Positions 56,701-64,000 of a DNA stretch of 64,000 nt are shown here, piece by piece. The stretch is from positions 124,067-188,066 of the IMG/VR virus record IMGVR_UViG_3300022719_000283; one strand, given 5' to 3'. Source of the stretch: a virus. Its lineage: Duplodnaviria; Heunggongvirae; Uroviricota; Caudoviricetes. Within the stretch, counting starts at the first letter, position 1. The number at the start of each line of letters is the position of its first letter. The notes under the pieces were generated by a model, which was given only the letters and a program-made list of their open reading frames with translations, was not told where the DNA came from and made no database searches. The position numbers and the translations under genes are program-made.

Positions 56701-59334
56701 AGTGGTGGGTGTGGTCGTCGTGATCAGGTTCCCAAAAGAAAGCGGGGTTGCGTTCCCGGCAGCCGACTCCCAAGCACCACCTGTGCCAGCACGAATCACC
56801 GAAACCGAAACCGGGGTGATGGTGCCTTGCACCGTGGTATCGGTCACGAACTGATTCTTTGTGAAGTCTTCAACGGTGCCCGTGACACCGATACCGCGGA
56901 TCGTGATGGTGGAGGGGCTCGCAGAAAGGAGCTCGTACAGCCCGTCATTATCAGGATTCGCAGATCCAGAAATTTGGATGAACTGCCCAGGAGTGAAAAG
57001 CCCGAAACCACTGTACTCGACAGTCGGGTTGCTTGTCGCCGCTACACCCGCGGTGAACCCTCCCGTATCAACGCTCAGAACCGTACCGCTCGGAAGGTAA
57101 TTAACGACAAGACCACCTGTTTGAGCTGAGGCAGTCGTGTAGCCATCATTCAGGTACAGATGATTGTCCGCGATGCGAACGGTTTCTGACTCCACGCTGG
57201 TAGTGGTGCCTTCAACGACCAGATTGCCGGTGACTCGAGCATCACCGTCCACGAGCACTTGACCGTCTGCACCAGCCCCATCACCAGAACCTGGAGTAAG
57301 AGTGATCGATCCACCAGCAAACCCGCCTCCACCCCCGGCCGGACTTGCCGTGATATCGATGTCAGCTCCGGCCCCCGTACCAGCAGGAACACCTGCGGTG
57401 ATGAGGATGCCGCCGCCAGCACCTGACATGGCTCCCGTACCGCCTCGGACAATTGCCCGACCACCATCACCTCCCGCGGTTCCCCCATCGCCGCCCGCAA
57501 GTGTGGCTTCTCCACCGGTTCCGGAACCCCCCGCAAGCCCGTTGCCGCCAAGGACCCCGGCATCGCCGCCAACACCGTTGACAACACCACCAAACCCTCC
57601 GCGGAGCTGGGCCGTGGCACCGTTAGCAGTGCCATCACTGTTGCCGGCGACGAGAAGCATCGCACCGCCTTGTTGGTTCCCCCCAGTCGCATTTCCAGCG
57701 ATTCCGATGAAAGCGCCCCCAGCTCCTCCGGTCCCCGAACCTCCATTGGAGGCCCGGATGTCTACACTCCCACCGGCAGCATCAGCTCCAGCCACACCAC
57801 CACGAAGGTTGAGCGTAGATCCAGTGGTTACTGCCGTTGCACCTGCTTCGGCGACAATGGAATCGCCGCTCGAGACTTCGAGGTCAGTGCCTCCCGTTGT
57901 GTTACCCGCAACAAGGGTTGTGGACAGAGGCTCGACCGAAGCCAGCCCACCGATGACGAAATCCGTGCCGGCATCGTCCGTGTACATCAGGACGTTCGGC
58001 GCATCGTTCCGAACCCAGACCGTTCCATCACCCGCGGCTACAGCCCCCGGGTTGGAAGCCGACTCCGACATTGTCAGACCCGGAGGGTCGATCATCCCGG
58101 TGACGGTGAGTTTGCCCGTGACCGTCACGCCGCTGGCGTCGACAGAAAGGAACTCGGTCGTGCCCGCGTTGTCCGTGACCTCAAACAGATTGCTGCCGAT
58201 GGGCGTCGCGTTGTCGCGGATGTTGACGCCCTCAGAAGCGGCGCCGTTGAGCACGACGGTGCGGTCGGTCGCCGTGGAGTTATCATAGGCCCCCTGGAGA
58301 TCTGTAGTGCCTACGGCAGCGCCAAAGCTCAAGTTACCGGAACCGTCAGTGATCAGAGCCTGGTTCGCCGAGCCGTCCGTTGCCGGCAAGCGCCAGATAA
58401 AATCAGCGGGCACCGAAAGAGGAGCTCTGAATCCAACCATGCTGGGACTGTTGTCGTTCTCTTCGAACGCCAAGATACCGGTTTCACCGGTCACGTTGGT
58501 CACCCGTTGGATGACGATGCGACCTTGCGTACCCGCTCCGACCGTATCTCCGGCACGGATGAGGACGCTGCCGCCCTCGGCCCCTACAGCTCCAACGCCG
58601 CCAGCGATGAATATGTCTCCGCCGTCTTGACTGACGAAACCTTGACCGGCAAACAGCTCGATGTCACCTCCCTCTTGGTCGAGGAAAGAAGACTGCGAAC
58701 CTTGGATACGAACGTTGGCTCCGGACGTTTCACTCGCACCCCCTGGCGACGCCAAGATGACGACACCGCCTCCTGAACCGCTGGCCCCTTGCGCCTCACC
58801 TCCCTCGATACGAACGTTGCCTCCATCGAAGGCAGTGCCTCCCAAGACCTCCACATTTCCGGCAGGCCCCTGATAGCCGAGGTCGGCAGGCCCACCTTGA
58901 ATCCGCGTCAGACCACCTTCGTAATATCCGAAGGCACCTGTGATCTCCATGAGAGGCGTTGGGTTACCACCAGTAGTCTCGCCCGCGGGTTGGATCAGAA
59001 CCCCAACCGGAGCCGAAGCATCAAAGATGGGACTGGAAACATCGAAGTCTCCACTGTTGTCCCCCACTCGCATGGTGATGCGATCGGAATCAGCTCCCGG
59101 GTTGAACTCGGTACGCAAAAACGTGTCACCATCGGTGTCAATCGTTTCCGTTGCACGACCCAACGCGGCCCAGTCGCTGTCACCTGCTCCAGTCTTGATG
59201 AACAGACCAGAGCCGTCTGCCGCAGCCGCATAGGAGCCTACAGGGGCAGTAGTGCCGCCTGCGGTCGTAGGGTTGGTATCGGTTTCAAGGGCGACAACCC
59301 CGTTGAACAACTTCCTTCCGAGAATCATAGCCAT
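53770..59334 (-). CDS. Very long modular tail fibre/adhesin (about 1854 aa) with Gly-rich tracts and YadA-head-like repeats
   Basis: Start at 59334 via TGATG overlap; AIG/VALG repeats at about 56100-56530; duplicated GKLTVTGMIDPPGL module; RVPTGTTGQRPS...GTVRLNTTTDQFEGYNG motif. Confidence 0.8.
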   Translation of the reverse strand: MAMILGRKLFNGVVALETDTNPTTAGGTTAPVGSYAAAADGSGLFIKTGAGDSDWAALGRATETIDTDGDTFLRTEFNPGADSDRITMRVGDNSGDFDVSSPIFDASAPVGVLIQPAGETTGGNPTPLMEITGAFGYYEGGLTRIQGGPADLGYQGPAGNVEVLGGTAFDGGNVRIEGGEAQGASGSGGGVVILASPGGASETSGANVRIQGSQSSFLDQEGGDIELFAGQGFVSQDGGDIFIAGGVGAVGAEGGSVLIRAGDTVGAGTQGRIVIQRVTNVTGETGILAFEENDNSPSMVGFRAPLSVPADFIWRLPATDGSANQALITDGSGNLSFGAAVGTTDLQGAYDNSTATDRTVVLNGAASEGVNIRDNATPIGSNLFEVTDNAGTTEFLSVDASGVTVTGKLTVTGMIDPPGLTMSESASNPGAVAAGDGTVWVRNDAPNVLMYTDDAGTDFVIGGLASVEPLSTTLVAGNTTGGTDLEVSSGDSIVAEAGATAVTTGSTLNLRGGVAGADAAGGSVDIRASNGGSGTGGAGGAFIGIAGNATGGNQQGGAMLLVAGNSDGTANGATAQLRGGFGGVVNGVGGDAGVLGGNGLAGGSGTGGEATLAGGDGGTAGGDGGRAIVRGGTGAMSGAGGGILITAGVPAGTGAGADIDITASPAGGGGGFAGGSITLTPGSGDGAGADGQVLVDGDARVTGNLVVEGTTTSVESETVRIADNHLYLNDGYTTASAQTGGLVVNYLPSGTVLSVDTGGFTAGVAATSNPTVEYSGFGLFTPGQFIQISGSANPDNDGLYELLSASPSTITIRGIGVTGTVEDFTKNQFVTDTTVQGTITPVSVSVIRAGTGGAWESAAGNATPLSFGNLITTTTPTTSWLLGGNTVGSEQRIGTNDAFDFVVETSGTERVRVNATTGDLTLQGDTINMPSNVAIGQSTSIGSGEGIVIGDGATGTSGRPLAIGRAAVVSGALNSESIAIGSGASIAGTSGGNNIAIGRGATVTGSGNSTVIGDSATSSALAGTAIGPVSSASGERGICIGSFSSATATASVALGWNADSTHTESVALGRDSTTTTTNQFMVGGSTAELNTFINGTLTLSSSVGATSSVATFTTTGANGDSVEVFVGDIDPSAGGGVAAPVGSVFHRDSGGAGTTGELWLKTGAANTAWSLVGTGDITETLQEAYEAGNTIVTDSTNGDFDVSGTEAVSLDAQAASNFTVDGANLTLSTTTGGDVNVTAADEIAISSSAVVNIFSGGIDVSATGGNVAISSSVLTLVDGDGGVEINSSGGDLEIGNDADTGSLNVGTGAAARTITIGNTTGATAVNVDAGTGDINLNADTVVTGKLTVTGMIDPPGLQMTESAANPGTVAAGNGTLWLRNDAPNTLMFTDDDGTDFVVSGAFSGLASTLAVGNFTGGTPLVVSNGDAINGETAATGSNANGGTTQIRGGFGDGTGRGGALFLSGGFPGASGQGGPISIQGSDASDGTGGPVIIRPGNGGGASGAAGFLTLIGGTSQGSTQGGSASVNGGNNADSGDGGEAGLVAGGSGPNGGNGGLCTVGGGFVGNTSGNGGSVQILGAAGPAPAGTGRGGDVTVTAGAGGATSGDGGVITLTGGSATSGAGGHILLSPGSGTTSPGTVGIGSFDPAVELYVGGTGGTRVPTGTTGQRPSTPPAGTVRLNTTTDQFEGYNGTTWSPLGLMPPVVFKPQDNEPPSSGAASSSTINAHPVLTFSAGLDEDAVFAGLMPPTFKTGNVQVRLIWAITGSTAGSVSWEVFFERWELGLTTLTTDSFGTGTSISAGVPSTLNELVLSLVPLPDINGTLPGEAFRLRVRRNGSGDSAPGFAALAKVIVEEI

Positions 59335-61373
59335 CAGATCACCTCCACCACCTCGGCTGTGGCACTCCAAGAAATGGTGGTCGCATCGGCGCCTGTGACT
59401 TCAACGATCAAAGCACCACCTCCTGAAACCGTAATCGTGGCGTCCCATGTAGGATCGTCCTCGAAGGTAAAATCCGTGGTCACCACACTGACCGTGGGGG
59501 TTCCTCCGGAAACCTCCACATGAGCCGTTCGGATGTATGAAGCCGACACTCCTGCAACGGTACGCCCCACGATTTGAGCCCGGATGTTCAAAGCCGCAGT
59601 GGCTGCCGTGGGGATCGTGATCACTGCCGTAGGGGAAGCCGTCGTCGTGGTCGTGGTATCCACCAGCGGCGTAGGGCGTCCCTTCAGAGCATCAATGGCT
59701 GCTTGAACATTACTCGCACCACCACCGACGATGGGAGGGGCCGTGACGCTGTCGTCGTACTCAAGGTTGGATGCAATCCCAACAAGAGTCGGGCCCGACA
59801 AGGTACCTGTGAAGACTGGTCCTGTAATCGGATCGTATCGGGCACTTGGGTTCCGAAGCGAAAACACGATCGTGCTTCCCGGAGACCCTCCGACAGTATC
59901 CACCCCGTTGCTGCTTGCTTCATCAAGGGCGAAAGACATGGTGCCCGTCGCTCCCAACTCGACCACAACACCAGAGCCCGTTGGGTTGAAACCAGAAGCA
60001 TTCTCGAACTGTGTCAACAGCACAGCCCCTGGTGTTGTCACATCGAAGAAAGGAGCGGTGCCCCCCGTGCGATCGATGGAAGCACCCCACATACGAAAAT
60101 AGGAAAGGCCCGGTGACACCACCATGGCCGGAGCAGCGCCTGACCAGGACAAGGCGCACCATTCGAGCCTCTCAAGATTGGCGAAACTGGTGCCCGCAGC
60201 GATGGTGACCGGGACAGGTACCCCCGACAACTTGCGACCCGTGAGAATCGTGTCTCGCATGTCGTAGGGACCACCAGCCGGAATAACCACAGCTCCAAAC
60301 CGGTTGTCGAACTCAACCCACTTCGGCCCCGACACAGCCGAGAGAGCGGTCATGAGCGACGACCACGACGTGAACACGTTCGCCCCAGCAGCCCCTCCCG
60401 GCTGGAAAACGAACGTCGGTCCGGCCCCCGACGTCTTGAGCGCGTCGATGGCCGCCTGGACGTTCGAAGCGATGCCGCCTACGATGGGGGGAGCGACGGC
60501 GCCGTCGTCGTACTGGACTCGCTCGCTCAGGGAGGTGAGCGACGTCGTGAAGGTGCCCGCCACCCCGGACTGCGTGAAAGAGATGGTGCTGTCCGGCGTC
60601 GAGATCGAAAGGAAGACCGTCGTCCCCGCCACGCTCGAGATGACGTCATCGGGGATGATCGCCTGATCGAAGCCCACGATCCCGACGAAAGCTCCTGCCG
60701 TGGTGAGAGACACCACCGGAGACACACCAGTCTCGAACGTGGAGGAGAACAGGCTGATGATGTGAGCGGAGGCGTCCGCCACCTCGAAGAAGGGGGCCGT
60801 GCCGTCCGCGCGGAAGTGGACGTCGTCGCGTGCCAAGACCACGGCGTCGGGAGGCACTATCACGACCGGAGACGTGCTGACGGAGACGAGCTGAAGGCTC
60901 GTTTCGAACCTCCATACACCGACGATCTCCGCCCCGTCGGCGAACTCGACCTCCACAGAGCGCGCGCTGACGCTGGGCGACTGTCCCTGGAACACCGCAC
61001 CGAACGGGAACGTGTGGGTACCCGCGGGGACCGGGGCAGGGCTCGTCACGGAGTCGTCGAGGTGGATCGTGACGGGGCCGTCCACGGAGGCGACCTGCGT
61101 CATGAGATCTCCCCAGGTCCCGAACACGTTGCCCGAGGTCGCGGCCCCGGGGCGGTAGACGAGCAGGCTCTCGCTCGCAGCAGACGGCCCCGAAGATCCC
61201 ACCTCGGTCCAGTCGGTGTCCAAGGCGCCCGTCTTCGTGTAGGCACTGCCCGAAGCGGAATCCAACGCCATGGTGCCCACCGGAGCGGGGGTCCCTCCCC
61301 CGGCCGCAGGGGCACCGTCGACCTCGCAGATCTCGACCGTGTTGACTGTAATTCTGCCAAGGACCGTGGCCAT
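59334..61373 (-). CDS. Fibre/decoration protein with tandem internal duplication
   Basis: Two copies of (Y/F).PG.A..GNVF..W..LM...GP...YDD....PPIVGG.ASNVQAAIDALK; C-domain shared with 61373-62716. Confidence 0.75.
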   Translation of the reverse strand: MATVLGRITVNTVEICEVDGAPAAGGGTPAPVGTMALDSASGSAYTKTGALDTDWTEVGSSGPSAASESLLVYRPGAATSGNVFGTWGDLMTQVASVDGPVTIHLDDSVTSPAPVPAGTHTFPFGAVFQGQSPSVSARSVEVEFADGAEIVGVWRFETSLQLVSVSTSPVVIVPPDAVVLARDDVHFRADGTAPFFEVADASAHIISLFSSTFETGVSPVVSLTTAGAFVGIVGFDQAIIPDDVISSVAGTTVFLSISTPDSTISFTQSGVAGTFTTSLTSLSERVQYDDGAVAPPIVGGIASNVQAAIDALKTSGAGPTFVFQPGGAAGANVFTSWSSLMTALSAVSGPKWVEFDNRFGAVVIPAGGPYDMRDTILTGRKLSGVPVPVTIAAGTSFANLERLEWCALSWSGAAPAMVVSPGLSYFRMWGASIDRTGGTAPFFDVTTPGAVLLTQFENASGFNPTGSGVVVELGATGTMSFALDEASSNGVDTVGGSPGSTIVFSLRNPSARYDPITGPVFTGTLSGPTLVGIASNLEYDDSVTAPPIVGGGASNVQAAIDALKGRPTPLVDTTTTTTASPTAVITIPTAATAALNIRAQIVGRTVAGVSASYIRTAHVEVSGGTPTVSVVTTDFTFEDDPTWDATITVSGGGALIVEVTGADATTISWSATAEVVEVI

Positions 61374-62716
61374 CAGAGCACCTGCACCTGCGTGACGATT
61401 CGCCAGTCAACTGCGTTGGTGGCGTCTCCAGTGATTCGGACAACAACGGCAGCACCGGTCGTCGTGATGGTTACGTCCCAAGCCGCATCATCTTCGCTCG
61501 TATAGTCGGTTTGAACGGTGAACGCCGTCGGGGCAGAAGCGTCCACATTGATCCGAGCCGTTCGGATGTAGGCAGCCCGGTCCAAGTTTGGGGCCTGTTC
61601 TCGACCAAGCACCCGCGTTTCTACGAGCATCACACCATCCGTCGGCACCGTGATCGTTTGCCCGTCCACAGGCGTCGCGTTCACCGTGGTGACCGTCGAA
61701 ACGAGAATGCCTCCCGTGATAGTGCCGGGACCATATGCACGCCAGGGAAGCACCCAACCGCTTGTGGCTGTCTCAGCCAGGAGCACCGGGTTCGAGAAAA
61801 ACAACGGGTCTGTTGTCGAAGGATCGGTGCCGACGAGCGCCCCGGCTGTCGTCGCACTCGTGAAGTAGTAATCACCGGCCGTAAGCCCAGCCAACCCGGT
61901 GTCGAAGTATCCCGACTGGATAGCCGTGAAGTTGTCCACGTCCGCGACCTCGTAGACGAGGTGCGTGGCCAAGGTCGCAGCCGCATTCGACTGAGCAAGT
62001 TGCCAATCGGCACCGTCAAAGTAGATCGCTTCTCCAACACTCAGACCGTGACCAACTTGATTGATCTCGAGGACGATGCGCTCAGCCTCGGTTCCCCCAC
62101 TTCCCGCTGTCGGACCGATGTACCGAAACCCGAGAACGTAAGGATCGAAGGCCGCAGGAGTGATCCCCGTCTCCGTGTAGAAGTCATCTGACAGGAGCAA
62201 GATCCCGTTGGAGTAGTTCCACACCCAACCCGAGCTCTTGTTGACGCCGGTGCCGGTCTGACCGTCCGTTGTGAAAATCTCGACACCCGCACCGGCCGGA
62301 TCGCCATCGAACAAACGAATGGCGTAGCCGTTTGAAGCTGCTCCCGAAGCCTGGGGAATCTGCTGCGGTTGCAGCCAGTTCTTCAATCGTGGACTCGTGA
62401 AGTCCCCAAACGTGGTGTAGGCGACGTACGTCGAGTTGTTAGAGGCGGTGACTTCAGTAAGTCGAATAGCACTACCAGCCGCGCTCAGGTCCGAAATCAG
62501 GGTGGGATTGGCAGCCGCGTTCGCTTGGGCGGTTGCAAGCGAACCTGCCGGCAGCCCTTCGAGCGTGGCAAACTCGGTCCAAGTCTGGCGAGAATCGATG
62601 ACCTTTCCCGCAAACAAACGCGACTCAAACCAAACAGCCGCGCTGATAGCGTCCATAACGTCCGCTTGCAGCACCTTGCTGTTGAGGTTGATTCGCTCTT
62701 GGTTGGAGAAGCCCAC
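61373..62716 (-). CDS. Virion structural/fibre protein (447 aa)
   Basis: HGLSVGEAIYFDG..W.LA motif, GLTAGDYYF, C-domain AAYIRTA...EDDAAWDVTI shared with the next gene; GTG start. Confidence 0.7.
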   Translation of the reverse strand: MGFSNQERINLNSKVLQADVMDAISAAVWFESRLFAGKVIDSRQTWTEFATLEGLPAGSLATAQANAAANPTLISDLSAAGSAIRLTEVTASNNSTYVAYTTFGDFTSPRLKNWLQPQQIPQASGAASNGYAIRLFDGDPAGAGVEIFTTDGQTGTGVNKSSGWVWNYSNGILLLSDDFYTETGITPAAFDPYVLGFRYIGPTAGSGGTEAERIVLEINQVGHGLSVGEAIYFDGADWQLAQSNAAATLATHLVYEVADVDNFTAIQSGYFDTGLAGLTAGDYYFTSATTAGALVGTDPSTTDPLFFSNPVLLAETATSGWVLPWRAYGPGTITGGILVSTVTTVNATPVDGQTITVPTDGVMLVETRVLGREQAPNLDRAAYIRTARINVDASAPTAFTVQTDYTSEDDAAWDVTITTTGAAVVVRITGDATNAVDWRIVTQVQVL

Positions 62717-62739
62717 GCGAGTGTCTGCCTATCGGAAGA

Positions 62740-62913
62740 TCAGTCTTCCTTGCTGTCGTGCTCCCGAAGGAGCGCTTGGGCAGCGGCCACAAAAGCGCGC
62801 GCCTGTTCAACGCTCATGTCACGGGTCACGATGACCTCGTCCGTGAGCTTCACGGAGACGCGGAACTTCCCGTCCTCCGTGATTTTCGCTGCAAATGGTT
62901 CTGGAAATCTCAT
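62740..62913 (-). CDS. Small hypothetical protein (57 aa), absent from the ORF track
   Basis: GGAGG RBS 5 nt before ATG; MRFPEPFAAKITEDGKF...LLREHDSKED; fills the intergenic gap. Confidence 0.6.
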   Translation of the reverse strand: MRFPEPFAAKITEDGKFRVSVKLTDEVIVTRDMSVEQARAFVAAAQALLREHDSKED

Positions 62914-62922
62914 CGTGGCCTC

Positions 62923-64000
62923 CTAGAAGAAAGTCGCCGAGACACTATCGATCTGGATCGATGGGTCGTTGATCTTCCACGCAACGTGGATCCCATCGAG
63001 CATGGAGAATCCGCCAAACGTGAAGTTGATGGTGTTGACTGAGCTCGTCGCCTCCCGGATTTTTGGGTCCGTAAGACCGTCATCGAACGTGGCAAAGCTG
63101 TAGGTGCCTCCGTGCAAAATGAGAGGACGGCTGTTGCCCGGAAGAGGCCCCGCATTGCCGACCGATCCTGTGCGCTTGAAGATCCAGACTTGCAACGCAC
63201 CACTTACAAGGTCCGCCAGCGCGTTGGCACCTGCGAAAGACCCTGTGAAGACGAGGGTGCCACTCGCACGGAACAAACCACTGGTGTCGTCGAAGGTTTC
63301 GAACCCGATCGCGGGGGCTGTGAGGGTCGTGTAATCGGGGTTCGCTCCCAAGGTCGTAGGCGAGTACGTAGTCCAATCGGCGTTGGGAGAGTTGGGGCCG
63401 TCGGAGCGAACAAGAGTCGTCGAGCTCGGAACGACGAGACGGCTGTTCCAAACCTGGGCAGGAATGCCGCCTCGCAAAAGGGTTGTGGCAGAAACCGCGA
63501 TGCGAGCAGGGACCGAGGTTGCCAGGGCAATAGCGTTTCCTGCCGACCCCGCAGTGACAGCCGTGACCCGCACATCCCCGCCAGTGCCGTCCAGGAGGCC
63601 CGCACTGGCCGTAACCACGCCGGCCGTCCCATTCAAAGGGTCGTTGATCGCAGTGATGAGCTCGGCTTGTAGAGCCGCCAGCGTGCCCAAGGTGGCATCG
63701 AAATCATCAGAACCAGGAGTCCGTGCCCCGGCCACTCCCGTGAACGTCGTGGCTCCGATCGTGAAGGTGTCCCCCACGGTCAAAGGAGCGGTCAGAACTC
63801 GAATCACTCCGGTGGCAGCATAGAGAATGCCGTTGAGATCATCGGTACTGATCCAGTTCCCGGTAGCCGCTCCGGCATTGAACGTGGCATCCTGGCGTCG
63901 TGCCTCATCGTCGTAATCACGCGTCAGCACCGTGCTCGTGACCCCGTAGGTGTCGATGAGAACAGAAGCATCGCTGCTCACGACGGAACCGCTCGTCGCC
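62923..64000 (-). CDS. Virion structural protein, 5'-truncated by the window; carries one intact copy of the sheath repeat domain
   Basis: Frame open to the right edge; ATGVIRV...GDTFTIG...RTPGSDDFDATLGT.AA.....AINDPLNG...VTAGSAGNAI.LA......ATTLLRGG. Confidence 0.75.
   Translation of the reverse strand, partial: ATSGSVVSSDASVLIDTYGVTSTVLTRDYDDEARRQDATFNAGAATGNWISTDDLNGILYAATGVIRVLTAPLTVGDTFTIGATTFTGVAGARTPGSDDFDATLGTLAALQAELITAINDPLNGTAGVVTASAGLLDGTGGDVRVTAVTAGSAGNAIALATSVPARIAVSATTLLRGGIPAQVWNSRLVVPSSTTLVRSDGPNSPNADWTTYSPTTLGANPDYTTLTAPAIGFETFDDTSGLFRASGTLVFTGSFAGANALADLVSGALQVWIFKRTGSVGNAGPLPGNSRPLILHGGTYSFATFDDGLTDPKIREATSSVNTINFTFGGFSMLDGIHVAWKINDPSIQIDSVSATFF

Noticed and set aside
1-64000. 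CRISPR array, tRNA/rRNA genes, IS elements, or an eCIS/T6SS interpretation
   Set aside because: No regularly spaced repeats, cloverleafs, rRNA-like tracts or transposase seen. Neck/head-closure genes, chaperones and tape measure, with no Afp15-like AAA ATPase or T6SS membrane complex, favour a phage.

Overview
The whole 64 kb window is one co-oriented (minus-strand) virion morphogenesis region of a large, high-GC contractile-tailed (myovirus-like, probably jumbo) phage. In transcription order (right to left) it holds: about 20 kb of modular fibre/decoration genes with a sulfotransferase-like gene among them; a small envelope cluster (lipoproteins, a TM plus coiled-coil protein, a membrane-anchored phospholipase A2); neck/head-closure genes with an actin-family ATPase among them; a 2488-aa tail sheath; an inserted Zn-finger/nuclease/DNA-methyltransferase fusion; tail tube; two tail chaperones; tape measure; two tube-initiator-like paralogs; a 1924-aa baseplate hub with a lysozyme-like insert; spike; a candidate spike tip; and a >1900-aa structural gene running off the left edge. 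No tRNA, rRNA or CRISPR array was seen. The main discovery candidate is the sheath, which carries seven N-terminal half-repeats followed by seven C-terminal half-repeats (a nested, out-and-back stalk); an intact copy of the same domain at the right edge of the window supports the split. All functional calls come from motif recognition by eye; no database search was run.
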